Shown here one piece after another: positions 1 through 8,345 of a DNA stretch of 64,000 nt. Position 1 is the first letter of the stretch; the number at the start of each line of letters is the position of its first letter. Below the pieces are notes generated by a model, which worked only from the letters and a program-made list of their open reading frames with translations, made no database searches and was not told the DNA's origin. The stretch is from positions 70,413-134,412 of the forward strand of contig MHVH01000005.1 in assembly GCA_001825155.1 (NCBI GenBank), written 5' to 3'. Both the position numbers and the translations under genes were made by a program. This DNA is from Candidatus Zambryskibacteria bacterium RIFCSPHIGHO2_01_FULL_46_25 (GTDB lineage: Bacteria > Patescibacteriota > Minisyncoccia > Phycocordibacterales > Zambryskibacteraceae).

Positions 1-225
1 CCCGTGATGGTCGGCATGAGAAAGATTTCCAAGCGAATAGCCGAGGGGCTCGATGCGTTCGGAGAGCTTGTGCGCGTCGGTTACGGCCGGGTCGAACTCG
101 ATCTTCGCCTTCTCGGTGCCGAAATTTACGGAGACGGCATTCACTCCGGCCGCTTTGCCGAGCTCCTTCTCAATGATTGTCGCGCACGAGGCACAGTGCA
201 TGCCCTTGATTCTGTAAATAGCCAT
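1..225 (-). CDS. copA: Copper-translocating P-type ATPase, N-terminal heavy-metal-associated (HMA) domain; the gene continues past the window start (partial)
   Basis: Minus-strand translation from an ATG at ~223-225 reads MAIYRIKGMHCASCATIIEKELGKAAGVNAVSVNFGTEKAKIEFDP..., carrying the GMxCxxC metal-binding motif. It is missing from the ORF track because there is no in-window stop. It sits 24 nt downstream of csoR on the same strand. Confidence 0.6.
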   Translation of the reverse strand, partial: MAIYRIKGMHCASCATIIEKELGKAAGVNAVSVNFGTEKAKIEFDPAVTDAHKLSERIEPLGYSLGNLSHADHHG

Positions 226-249
226 GTTATTTATAGTGAGCTTGTCGAA

Positions 250-510
250 CTATTTTCTCTTAAGTTTATAGACCTTCATCATCTCGCCGATTGCTTTCTT
301 TCTATCCCCTTTCTTTATCTGATTCACGACACAGTGGCTGAGGTGATGTTCAAGCAGAATATCTTCCACGTTCGAAAGAGCCTGCTTCACAGCCGAAGTC
401 TGGGTGATGACATCTATGCAGTATATGTCCTTCTCGATCATCTCTCTGAGTCCCCGTACCTGACCCTCGACGATCATGAGCCGTCTTGAAAGCGTTTTTT
501 TGTTGTCCAT
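250..510 (-). CDS. csoR: CsoR/RcnR-family metal-sensing transcriptional repressor (DUF156)
   Basis: An 86 aa all-helical protein, MDNKKTLSRRLMIVEGQVRGLREMIEKDIYCIDVITQTSAVKQALSNVEDILLEHHLSHCV..., with the Cys/His pattern typical of CsoR. It lies directly upstream of an HMA-domain ATPase gene. Confidence 0.7.
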   Translation of the reverse strand: MDNKKTLSRRLMIVEGQVRGLREMIEKDIYCIDVITQTSAVKQALSNVEDILLEHHLSHCVVNQIKKGDRKKAIGEMMKVYKLKRK

Positions 511-516
511 ATTACA

Positions 517-545
517 AGTATACCCCCCTGGGGGTATATGTCAAA
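517..545 (-). promoter_or_regulatory. csoR-copA promoter with a candidate CsoR operator in the spacer
   Basis: The minus strand reads TTGACA, 16 nt, TATACT, then ~5 nt to the csoR ATG. The spacer holds a GC-tract pseudo-palindrome, ATACCCCCC-TG-GGGGGTAT, of the TA-C-tract/G-tract-TA type bound by CsoR repressors. Confidence 0.45.
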
Positions 546-2298
546 TCGACGCTCGTCGTGGAGCAGTTACTCTATCCGGCGGGATGGCGTAATAATTTAT
601 GAGAAATTTTGTCGTGTTGAAGAAGGCGTCGGTCAGCGTTTCGGACGCATACTGCACTTCTTTCGGGTAGTAAGTAAAGAGAAATATCAGAAACTTCGGC
701 TCGTACGACGGGAAGTAACCGAAGAAGGAGTGGAGGAAACGGTCTTGATAGTATCCCCCGCCAGCGGGATTCGCAATTTGCGCCGTGCCGGTCTTCGCCG
801 CGATGCTGTAATTCGGCAAACTCATTTGTCCGTAGCGTAAGCTCGTATCCACCACCTCGGTAAGCATTCTTGAGAGCTCGGCGGAAGATTCTTTGCTTAT
901 CACCCTCTCTCCTTCCTCGGCGGTTGGATAGCCAATCGATTTACTGGGCCCAAGCTTATAGCGCACTTCTCTCGCCAGATGGGGCGTGATAAGTGTGCCG
1001 CCGTTTGCGAGCGCGGAGAAGGCTCTCACGGCCGTAATGGGGGTAAGGGCAATGCCTTGGCCGAATGATGCCTGCGCGGCCTCAAGGTCTCTATGAGTCT
1101 TCAAGTTCGAGACCAGAGACTTACCTTCGTTTGGCAGGTCTATGCCTGTAACACCCTCCAGTCCGAATCGGAGCATGTAGTCTTCGAATTTTCTCGTGCC
1201 CATTCTCGAAACAGCGAAGGCGACTCCGGTATTGAGCGACTGGTTGAGCACCTCCTGCATAGAAATGTTTGTGCCGTGCGATTTGCCGTCGTAATTGCAG
1301 AAGGTCTTGGTGTTCAAGGTCATGCAACCAGGGTCATTGTATGTGGTGCGGGCGGTCACGGCGCCGGCATCGAGGGCGGATGCCATAGTCATAGCTTTCA
1401 CTATCGAACCCATCTCATAACGATCCTCGACCAATTTGTTCCTGAACACGGCGGCGTTACTCTCGTTTTGCGGGAAGTTGGGGTCGAAGGCCGGCGTAAG
1501 AGCCATGGCCCGAATCTCTCCCGTCATGGGGTCTATGACAATACCTCCGGTGAAGTCGGAAGCGTATTGATTGTTTACCTTGGCAATTTCTCCTTCAAGG
1601 AAAGCTTGGACCGAGGGCTCTATGGTCGTCGCGATATCGCCATCAAGCGAAGCTTCGTCATCAACAACCTGTTTTATATTCGAGAATATCTCCGCGAAGA
1701 AATTGATGAAGACGTCATCACCTGCCCTGCTCAAAACTTTCTCATATTGCCTCTCAAGCCCGTAGCGGCCCGAGAGTTCGGCGCCTGTCGGCGCGAAGCC
1801 TACGAGGCCGACAGCGTGAGCGGCCATCTTCTCACCCGGATAAGTACGCCATCTTTCTCTCGTTACCCCCACACCGGGGATGTTGAGAATGCGTATCCTA
1901 TCCGCATTCTCTGCCGTAAGTCGCCGGGCAAGCTCTTCGTAAGGGTCGCTCGTTTTCGCCACCTTGGCGAGATAAATTTCCTTGTCTAGGGGAATGATTG
2001 CGTTCAACTTCTCATACGTTTCCTCAATCGCGTTGTATTCGATAATAATTCCCGGATTGATATAGAGAATGAAGCCGAGCTTGACCGTGGCGGCTGGCAC
2101 CAGGGCCCCATCTTTGGTGGTAAAGAATATTGAGCCCCGGTCAAAGTAGTTTACTCCGGCGACATACTGATGCTCCGCCTTAATCTTGAAATCTTCTCCG
2201 GAAATAATTTGTACCGCGTAGAGCTTGGCAATGAGAAAAAGCGCGAATAGGAGGATTAGTAGAGAAAGCAAACGCAGCCTGTTGGGAAAAGCTTTCAT
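541..2298 (-). CDS. ftsI: Class B penicillin-binding protein (PBP2/FtsI-type transpeptidase)
   Basis: 585 aa with an N-terminal membrane anchor. SXXK (GSIVKAM), SXN (SLNTG) and KTG (KTGTA) motifs are present. It sits in the dcw-cluster position after mraZ-rsmH-ftsL. Confidence 0.8.
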   Translation of the reverse strand: MKAFPNRLRLLSLLILLFALFLIAKLYAVQIISGEDFKIKAEHQYVAGVNYFDRGSIFFTTKDGALVPAATVKLGFILYINPGIIIEYNAIEETYEKLNAIIPLDKEIYLAKVAKTSDPYEELARRLTAENADRIRILNIPGVGVTRERWRTYPGEKMAAHAVGLVGFAPTGAELSGRYGLERQYEKVLSRAGDDVFINFFAEIFSNIKQVVDDEASLDGDIATTIEPSVQAFLEGEIAKVNNQYASDFTGGIVIDPMTGEIRAMALTPAFDPNFPQNESNAAVFRNKLVEDRYEMGSIVKAMTMASALDAGAVTARTTYNDPGCMTLNTKTFCNYDGKSHGTNISMQEVLNQSLNTGVAFAVSRMGTRKFEDYMLRFGLEGVTGIDLPNEGKSLVSNLKTHRDLEAAQASFGQGIALTPITAVRAFSALANGGTLITPHLAREVRYKLGPSKSIGYPTAEEGERVISKESSAELSRMLTEVVDTSLRYGQMSLPNYSIAAKTGTAQIANPAGGGYYQDRFLHSFFGYFPSYEPKFLIFLFTYYPKEVQYASETLTDAFFNTTKFLINYYAIPPDRVTAPRRASI

Positions 2299-2317
2299 GT
2301 CAACTCATTTTAACAGA

Positions 2318-2683
2318 CTAGCGGTTTAAAGTAAGTGAAGATGCCGGCGTACGGGTGACAAAGAGGGGTTCCTTGGCTTCTTTGAAACCTCGTTCGAGCG
2401 CTATTTCGGAAGTAACGGAATTCTTAAGCGAGATGTATGAAAATTCGAGCGAACCTATCTTCGAACCGGCATCGGCGAGATGAGCTTCGAGGTTGCCTCT
2501 AAGAGCGGTGTTTCTGGCAATGGCGTTTACGGCGTAGAAATATATGAAAAGGGATAGCACGGAAACGCTTGCCAAAAACCAGAAGGCCCGCTCCCGGGTA
2601 TCGTATGGCAAGGAGATGCTCCTCCTCCCTTCTCCGAACGGCAGGGCAAGTTGATTCTCGCTGAATTTTATTTTTCTAGTCAT
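2318..2683 (-). CDS. ftsL: FtsL-like small bitopic cell-division protein
   Basis: 121 aa with a single TM (FWFLASVSVLSLFIYFYAV). It occupies the ftsL slot between rsmH and ftsI. Confidence 0.5.
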   Translation of the reverse strand: MTRKIKFSENQLALPFGEGRRSISLPYDTRERAFWFLASVSVLSLFIYFYAVNAIARNTALRGNLEAHLADAGSKIGSLEFSYISLKNSVTSEIALERGFKEAKEPLFVTRTPASSLTLNR

Positions 2684-2684
2684 T

Positions 2685-3554
2685 TTATATTTTTTTGATA
2701 ATCCTTAGTTTCGCGCTTCTGGAACGAGGATTCTCTCTCGTTTCCTCTTCGCTTGGCGTTATTGGTTTTTTAGTAACAAGTTCGGCCTTCCCTTCCTTTC
2801 TATTATCGCGAAAAAAGTTTTTCACCATCCTGTCTTCAAGGCTGTGGAAGGAGATGACCGCGAATCTGCCTCCGGGCTTCAAGGCCTCGAAACCTTTCTC
2901 AAGTCCCTTCTCGAGCGCCGAGAGTTCTTCGTTGACCGCTATGCGCAAGGCTTGGAAGGTCTTTGTCGCTGGATGGATCTTGTCTCGGAAGGTTCTCGGA
3001 CGGACCGAGAGCACAGTGTCTGCGAGGTCGAAAGTCGTGGCGAAGGGTTGGATTTTTCTTCGTGACACAATCGCTCTTGCAATCTTTTTTGAGAATCGCT
3101 CTTCGCCGAATCCTCGCAGGATGAGCTCAATGGCATGCTCATCCCAGGAGTTGAGGATTTCGGCCGCTGTGGGGCCTGACTGTCCCATTCTCATATCGAG
3201 CGGTTCATCTTTCTGGAAACTAAATCCCCGCCCGGAAGTGTCCATCTGGTCGCTCGAGAACCCAAGGTCCAGGAGAATGGCGTCGGGCTTCGTTTCTCCG
3301 AGAAGCTTGTCGATGTCGCGGAAATTACCTGTGATATCCGCTCCAGTCGAGGGGTCTTGATCTATGGTGATAACTTTTACCTTATCGCCGTATCGCCTTA
3401 CTATCTCCCTTGTGTGTCCTCCTCCGCCGAATGTACCGTCGACGAGAGTTTCTCCGGGCTTGAGTGCGAGTCCGTCTACAACTTCTTGCAAAAGAACTGA
3501 CTTATGCGTACTCATTTTCAAGCTTCTTTCTGTAGGCGATCCAGCGCTTGTCAT
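2685..3554 (-). CDS. rsmH: 16S rRNA (cytosine1402-N4)-methyltransferase RsmH (MraW)
   Basis: 289 aa with a GTFGGGGHT SAM-binding motif. It sits in the conserved mraZ-rsmH arrangement. Confidence 0.9.
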   Translation of the reverse strand: MTSAGSPTERSLKMSTHKSVLLQEVVDGLALKPGETLVDGTFGGGGHTREIVRRYGDKVKVITIDQDPSTGADITGNFRDIDKLLGETKPDAILLDLGFSSDQMDTSGRGFSFQKDEPLDMRMGQSGPTAAEILNSWDEHAIELILRGFGEERFSKKIARAIVSRRKIQPFATTFDLADTVLSVRPRTFRDKIHPATKTFQALRIAVNEELSALEKGLEKGFEALKPGGRFAVISFHSLEDRMVKNFFRDNRKEGKAELVTKKPITPSEEETRENPRSRSAKLRIIKKI

Positions 3555-3897
3555 TCCATATCTCCACCCTGTCGTGCACGCCGGTGATGACGATAGAATT
3601 CTTCAACTCCGCGAATTCCCGCAAAAATTCGGGGACGAGAATCCTACCCAAGGAATCAATCTCAACTTCCGCCGCGCCGGCGAAGGTAAACCTGGCGAAG
3701 CGCGGGTCGGTCTCGACGTGTCCTAACTTCTTAACCTCTTGTGAGATTTGAAGCCAGGTCCCGCTGGGATAGAGAAAAAGGCAATGATCTTTGCCTCGAG
3801 TAACAACGACTTTCCTGCCGAGAGCTTTTCGGAATCTCGCTGGAAGAGAGAAACGATTCTTCTCGTCGATATTATGGGTGTATTCGCCAATAAACAT
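3502..3897 (-). CDS. mraZ: Transcriptional regulator MraZ
   Basis: 131 aa opening MFIGEYTHNIDEKNRFSLPARFR..., with the duplicated MraZ fold. It is the first gene of the dcw cluster. Confidence 0.85.
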   Translation of the reverse strand: MFIGEYTHNIDEKNRFSLPARFRKALGRKVVVTRGKDHCLFLYPSGTWLQISQEVKKLGHVETDPRFARFTFAGAAEVEIDSLGRILVPEFLREFAELKNSIVITGVHDRVEIWNDKRWIAYRKKLENEYA

Positions 3898-3904
3898 GTT
3901 TTTT

Positions 3905-4003
3905 TAATCATACCACTTTTTACCACCCCTTAACATTCTATCCCACCCCTCACCACAATACTAGACGGGAAACCCACCATTTCCTTGCAAAACTGTGGAT
4001 AAG
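3905..4003 (-). promoter_or_regulatory. mraZ promoter region with phased GTGG (MraZ-box-like) repeats and a DnaA-box
   Basis: The minus strand has TATGAT ~8 nt before the mraZ ATG. Four GTGG(G) direct repeats follow at 10/20/10 bp spacing. A perfect TTATCCACA DnaA-box consensus lies ~95 nt upstream. Confidence 0.4.
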
Positions 4004-4014
4004 TAAAAATAATG

Positions 4015-4046
4015 AAAAACGCCGGGCCCCGAATGGGTCCCGGCGT
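4015..4046 (-). terminator. Intrinsic terminator after the 4067..4597 gene
   Basis: A GC hairpin, GCCGGG(A)CCC-attc-GGG(G)CCCGGC, followed by TTTTT on the minus strand. Confidence 0.6.
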
Positions 4047-4066
4047 CATATCAGCATTCTCGGCGG

Positions 4067-4597
4067 CTAGGAAGCCTCTTCCTTTGGGAGCTGTGGCTCC
4101 CCGGCGTACACTTTCCAGTCTCTTTTCTTGAGGGTAAGGTGAAGCACATCCTTCACCTTGAGCGCCTCGTCGTAGAGAGAGTAGAAGTTTTCTTGGTATC
4201 CCTGGAAATTACGCCTCAACCTCTCGGAGGTTTCCTCGTACGTCTCATGACGACGGTAAACGTAATCAGAATGCCGTCGGTGGAATGCCTGATGTCCGAG
4301 CTGTTGAAGACTCATCTGCAGCTCCGCCGCGTCCCTTACCTCCCGGGCGTACTCATGGAGCTTCGTCTCGGCACCATCTCTCACGGGCGCGGTCAGATCT
4401 AGCTTGTACCGTACAAACTCAAGAGCTTGCCGGTACTTCCGGCTCAGAAGGTAGTACTTGGCAGCGACATCTCCGGTCGCCACGAAGAGCCCGAACAAGG
4501 TGGACACAATGACCAGCGCCGTAAGGGTGAACCAGGAGCTGAGAAAGTACATTGTTGCCAGAGTAACCAACACGAATTGCAGCAGAAAATTCCTCAT
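4067..4597 (-). CDS. Hypothetical membrane protein (2 N-terminal TM plus a charged cytoplasmic domain)
   Basis: ORF with a hydrophobic N-terminus, followed by a terminator. No family recognised. Confidence 0.45.
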   Translation of the reverse strand: MRNFLLQFVLVTLATMYFLSSWFTLTALVIVSTLFGLFVATGDVAAKYYLLSRKYRQALEFVRYKLDLTAPVRDGAETKLHEYAREVRDAAELQMSLQQLGHQAFHRRHSDYVYRRHETYEETSERLRRNFQGYQENFYSLYDEALKVKDVLHLTLKKRDWKVYAGEPQLPKEEAS

Positions 4598-4794
4598 AGT
4601 GCCGCTTCTCCCGACTCCTTATACAAAACCAGTTAGTCTGGAAATGTGGAAAACGTTAGGCGTTTTCCAAGGAGTTCTGCCGCCAACGATATATTGATTT
4701 TACCAGCTTGTCAATACAAAGCATTTAACATTAAATCTATTTACCAATTCGTGCGAATTTTAATTATTACTATTGTCATTCCGTCTATGTTATT

Positions 4795-4986
4795 ATGAGA
4801 AAGATGAAAAAAGATACTAATAAAGACGGCAGGTATAGAACCAAAAGGGAAGATGTCCTGGTTAGAACCATAGAGAAAAAGTATGGTGTTAATTTGAAAG
4901 TTCGTTCTGATGCCCAACTGCATACAGTACTAAAGAAGTACGGTGCAGCTTCCTTGTCCCAACTTTTAAGAAAGGTTCATGGCTAA
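4795..4986 (+). CDS. Small basic hypothetical protein (63 aa) in an AT-rich islet
   Basis: ORF in a ~35% GC segment. It overlaps the next ORF by 8 nt, which suggests translational coupling. Confidence 0.35.
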   Translation: MRKMKKDTNKDGRYRTKREDVLVRTIEKKYGVNLKVRSDAQLHTVLKKYGAASLSQLLRKVHG

Positions 4987-5512
4987 ACGAGTCTTACTAT
5001 CTAAACATCCGTTTTCAAAAATCAAGAATAAGAGGCTCAGAACTGATTTATATGATGCTTTGTATTTTATTGCTTATTTAATCGAAGGTATTGATAGGGC
5101 TAAGGAAAAAAGATACAAGGAAGAATTTTTAAGAGTAATTATTTTATATATAGCATCGGTTGTAGAAGCCTTATGTTTATTTTTGGTTGAGAGTAATAGT
5201 TTGATACTCAAAAAAGAAGAATGTAGTCATATACGCCAAATATCAATGCCTGGAGTTTCGGTTGAGACAGGGCAACTTGTTATAGCTATACAGAAAGATA
5301 AAGATATCAAAATAAGAGATCTTCCTTTTGCTGAAGCAATTAAGGTTTTATCCAAAAATAGGAAAATTAGTGATACTTTATACGAGAAATTAAACACATT
5401 GAGAACTACTAGAAATACCCAACATCTCTACAGTAGAAAAAATTCCTCAGTTTCTAATGACGACGTAAAGAATGCTTATTCTAGTCTCGATCTACTACTC
5501 AAGCAAATATAA
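4979..5512 (+). CDS. Hypothetical protein with a HEPN-like C-terminal R-x(3-6)-H motif (RTTRNTQHLY)
   Basis: 177 aa, predicted alpha-helical, AT-rich codon usage. It is paired with a small upstream ORF in toxin-antitoxin/Abi-like fashion. The motif call is inference only. Confidence 0.3.
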   Translation: MAKRVLLSKHPFSKIKNKRLRTDLYDALYFIAYLIEGIDRAKEKRYKEEFLRVIILYIASVVEALCLFLVESNSLILKKEECSHIRQISMPGVSVETGQLVIAIQKDKDIKIRDLPFAEAIKVLSKNRKISDTLYEKLNTLRTTRNTQHLYSRKNSSVSNDDVKNAYSSLDLLLKQI

Positions 5513-5537
5513 AACATATCACTGAATGTTAACGAAA

Positions 5538-5566
5538 AACCGCTCATTCCTCCGGATGAGCGGTTC
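5538..5566. terminator. Bidirectional intrinsic terminator between convergent genes
   Basis: A perfect 10-bp stem, AACCGCTCAT-N8-ATGAGCGGTT, between the stop of 4979..5512 (+) and the stop of 5596..6171 (-). Confidence 0.55.
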
Positions 5567-5595
5567 ATATGTTTGCCTCGCGGATTGCGAGGACT

Positions 5596-6171
5596 TTAGA
5601 AGTTGAACCTGGCTCCGATGACTCCCTTGTCGTCGCCGACGGCGTACGTTCCCCAGAACGAGACCTTGCCGAATTTCTTCTCGATATAGGGCCCTGTTCC
5701 GAGAAAACGCGTGCTGTTGACGCCGACGAAGAAGGTCTTCGTGACTTCGAAGGTAGCGAGATGGCGAAACCAGTATCCGCTTCCGCCGTGTTCGTGAATC
5801 GAGAGATAGGACCAGCGCCCTTTCCCGACCCAGAAACTCACCGATCCTCGGAGCGGGTTCTCGTCAGTCTCGATGCCGAGACTGCCCGACAACTCCATCC
5901 ACCCAGCTGGCGCGAACGTGAGTCCAGCATGTCCCTCGCTCCAGCCCTTCGAGCTCAGCGACCAGACCGTCCAGCCAAGCTTGCCCTTGATCGGACCCTT
6001 GGCGTAGATGTCGACCTGGGGAGTCGTGCTGTCGCTGATCGTGTTGTACGACTCGACGAAACCGGTCGTCTGCGCGCTCGCCGTACAGGCGAGCGCGAGG
6101 AGCGAAATGATCGCGGCGAGGACGATGAGGATTTTCACCTCGAGGACCCTGTCTCTGTTGATTTTCTGCAT
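5596..6171 (-). CDS. Secreted beta-barrel-like protein (OmpW/OmpA-like small OMP?) encoded by a high-GC3 foreign-looking gene
   Basis: The start is moved to MQKINRD, which has a GGAGG SD 4 nt upstream; the track's start at 6198 would sit inside the promoter. It has a signal peptide ending ASA-QT, alternating hydrophobic strands, and ends in aromatic ...GARFNF. GC3 is strongly biased, unlike neighbouring genes. Confidence 0.5.
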   Translation of the reverse strand: MQKINRDRVLEVKILIVLAAIISLLALACTASAQTTGFVESYNTISDSTTPQVDIYAKGPIKGKLGWTVWSLSSKGWSEGHAGLTFAPAGWMELSGSLGIETDENPLRGSVSFWVGKGRWSYLSIHEHGGSGYWFRHLATFEVTKTFFVGVNSTRFLGTGPYIEKKFGKVSFWGTYAVGDDKGVIGARFNF

Positions 6172-6207
6172 TGCTCCTCCTTGTGGAGCGAAAAACACTC
6201 TCTTCCT

Positions 6208-6236
6208 ATCTTAGCACAATATGAATATCTTGTCAA
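6208..6236 (-). promoter_or_regulatory. Extended -10 promoter, TTGACAAGAT-N13-TGCTAAGAT family copy 1
   Basis: On the minus strand: TTGACA, 17 bp spacer ending in TGC, then TAAGAT. 22 of 29 positions match the copies at ~18170-18198 and ~18581-18609. Confidence 0.5.
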
Positions 6237-6249
6237 TCCCTGCGGGATT

Positions 6250-6313
6250 GCTTCAGGTTCGCTCGGGCTCTGTGTAAGCAAGCTCCCACATTCCCTCGCT
6301 GCCTGAAGTCAAG
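6250..6313. repeat. 64-nt conserved intergenic element, copy A, immediately 3' of gyrB
   Basis: GCTTCAGGTTCGCTCGGGCTCTGTGTAAGCAAGCTCCCACATTCCCTCGCTGCCTGAAGTCAAG matches 29836..29899 at 61 of 64 positions. Its ends form a CTTCAGG/CCTGAAG inverted repeat. Confidence 0.6.
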
Positions 6314-6321
6314 CACAAGAA

Positions 6322-8289
6322 CTACACATCCAAAACGGCCTTCTTGGCATTTGATTGGATGAAAGATTTGCGGCTGGGCACGTCGGAGCCCATGAGGATG
6401 TCGAAGATGCGGTCCGCTTCGCGGGCGTCCTCCACCTTGACCTGCTTTAGAATCCTTTTTGCCGGGTCCATGGTCGTCTCCCAGAGTTCGTCCGAATTCA
6501 TTTCTCCCAAGCCTTTGTATCGCTGAATATCCCCTGCCTCTTCTTTCCCGACAATCTTTATTTTCTCCTCATCGGAGTAAGCGAAGTACGAATTCTTGCC
6601 CATCTTGATTTTATATAGCGGTGGCTGGGCGATGTAAACATGTCCGGCGTCAATAAGTGGACGGAAGAAGCGGTAAAGCAGGGTAAGAAGAAGGGTGCGG
6701 ATATGCGCGCCGTCAACATCGGCATCAGTGGCAATAATTATCTTGTGGTATCGGAGTTTCGAAATATCAAATGTGTCCCCTATCGCCGTGCCGAAAGCGA
6801 CGACCAGATTTTTGATTTGCTCGGAAGCGAGCATCTTGTCGAGGCGGGCGCGTTCTATATTTAAAATTTTCCCGCGCAAAGGAAGGATGGCTTGTATGCG
6901 ACGATCCCGACCCATCTTGGCCGTGCCACCGGCGGAATCTCCCTCGACAATAAATATTTCCGACTCCTCCGCCGAGCGGCTCTGGCAATCCGCAAGCTTG
7001 CCGGGGAGCGTCATGCCCTCGAGCGCGCCTTTGCGAAGCACGGAGTCCTTGGCGGCTTTGGCGGCCTTCCTCGCTTTCAAGGCTAGAACCACTTTGTTGA
7101 TGATAGATTTCGCGTCGTCCGGATTCTCCTCGAGGAACTGGCTAAAGGCTTCGCCGAAGACGGTCGTAACCATAGCCTGAGCCTCAACGGAACCAAGCTT
7201 CGCCTTGGTCTGACCTTCGAACTGGATTTCGCGCAGTTTGACCGAGAGCACGGCCGTGAGTCCTTCCAGCACGTCGTCGCCGGTGAAATTATCTTCCTTC
7301 TCGCCTACGAGATTATTCTTCCTCGCATAAGTATTAAGAGTGCGGGTAAGAGCCGTTTTGAAGCCGGTAACGTGCGTGCCACCTTCGGCGGTATAGATGT
7401 TATTGGCGAAGGGCAAGAGACGCGATGAGATATCCTCAACGTACTGCAAGGCGACCTCGACCACTTCGTAATCATTGCCGTTCGCCTTCTTTTCAACGTA
7501 GAAAATATTGCGATGCATCGGCTTCAAGTGCTCGTTCTCGAAGCGCACGAGCGAGACGAGCCCGCCCTCGAAATAGAATGAGGTTGAAGGAATGTCGAGA
7601 CCCAATTCTCTTATATAGAAAACATTTTCGTCATCCACTTTCGCTAGATTGCGGGCATCCAGCACCGAGATTCTCAAACCGCGCACGAGGTAGGCCTGCT
7701 GGCGCATGTGAGAGACAATAGTGTCGTAGTTGAAGTTGATGTCCGGGAAGATCTCTTTGTCCGGTTCGAAAGTGATGATGGTACCGGTCTTGTCCGACTT
7801 AGCAATTTTCTTCACAGCACTTTTCTTCTTGCCCTTGCTGTATTCCTGGATATATACGCCGCCATCACGATGCACAACAGCCTTGCAATAAACAGAAAGA
7901 GCGTTGACCACCGAGGCACCGACGCCGTGGAGTCCGCCGGAAATCTTGTAGCCATCGCCGCCGAATTTGCCCCCGGCGTGGAGCGTCGTCATGATAGTCT
8001 CAAGCGCGGAAACCTTCGTCTGTTTGTGAATGTCTACCGGAATGCCTCGACCGTTGTCTACCACACGAACTCTGTTGTTGGGAAGAAGAACGATTTCAAT
8101 GTCATTGGCGAAGCCGCCCATAGCCTCGTCGCGGGAGTTGTCGAAGATTTCCGTAACAAGGTGCTGGAGGCCGTCGGGACCGGTCGTGCCGATGTACATG
8201 CCGGGGCGCTTCCTGACTGGTTCCAAACCTTCTAGGACGGTAATAGATTCAGCGCTATAGCTGCTTGTTTTAGACTTCTTTTCTGCCAT
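6322..8289 (-). CDS. gyrB: DNA gyrase subunit B
   Basis: GHKL ATPase, Toprim and C-terminal domains are all recognisable (e.g. EGDSAGG, PLRGKILN). The start is trimmed to MAEKKSKTSSY...; the track ORF extends upstream to 8364 through a non-homologous leader. Confidence 0.9.
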   Translation of the reverse strand: MAEKKSKTSSYSAESITVLEGLEPVRKRPGMYIGTTGPDGLQHLVTEIFDNSRDEAMGGFANDIEIVLLPNNRVRVVDNGRGIPVDIHKQTKVSALETIMTTLHAGGKFGGDGYKISGGLHGVGASVVNALSVYCKAVVHRDGGVYIQEYSKGKKKSAVKKIAKSDKTGTIITFEPDKEIFPDINFNYDTIVSHMRQQAYLVRGLRISVLDARNLAKVDDENVFYIRELGLDIPSTSFYFEGGLVSLVRFENEHLKPMHRNIFYVEKKANGNDYEVVEVALQYVEDISSRLLPFANNIYTAEGGTHVTGFKTALTRTLNTYARKNNLVGEKEDNFTGDDVLEGLTAVLSVKLREIQFEGQTKAKLGSVEAQAMVTTVFGEAFSQFLEENPDDAKSIINKVVLALKARKAAKAAKDSVLRKGALEGMTLPGKLADCQSRSAEESEIFIVEGDSAGGTAKMGRDRRIQAILPLRGKILNIERARLDKMLASEQIKNLVVAFGTAIGDTFDISKLRYHKIIIATDADVDGAHIRTLLLTLLYRFFRPLIDAGHVYIAQPPLYKIKMGKNSYFAYSDEEKIKIVGKEEAGDIQRYKGLGEMNSDELWETTMDPAKRILKQVKVEDAREADRIFDILMGSDVPSRKSFIQSNAKKAVLDV

Positions 8290-8345
8290 AAATTTATACC
8301 CTATTTTATCATAAACGAGGCTAAAAACCAAGAGATTTGGGGATA

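Noticed and set aside
4-489. 161-aa plus-strand ORF at the left edge
   Set aside because: It lies antisense across csoR and the copA N-terminus, both of which have clear family motifs. It has no recognisable domains.
1093-1989. 298-aa plus-strand ORF inside ftsI
   Set aside because: It is antisense to a well-supported PBP gene. Its composition is Arg/Gly/His-rich, typical of the reverse frame of a GC-richer gene.
5569-6306. 245-aa plus-strand ORF spanning the OMP-like gene and its promoter
   Set aside because: It is antisense to a gene that has a signal peptide, SD and promoter. It reads through a promoter and a repeat element.
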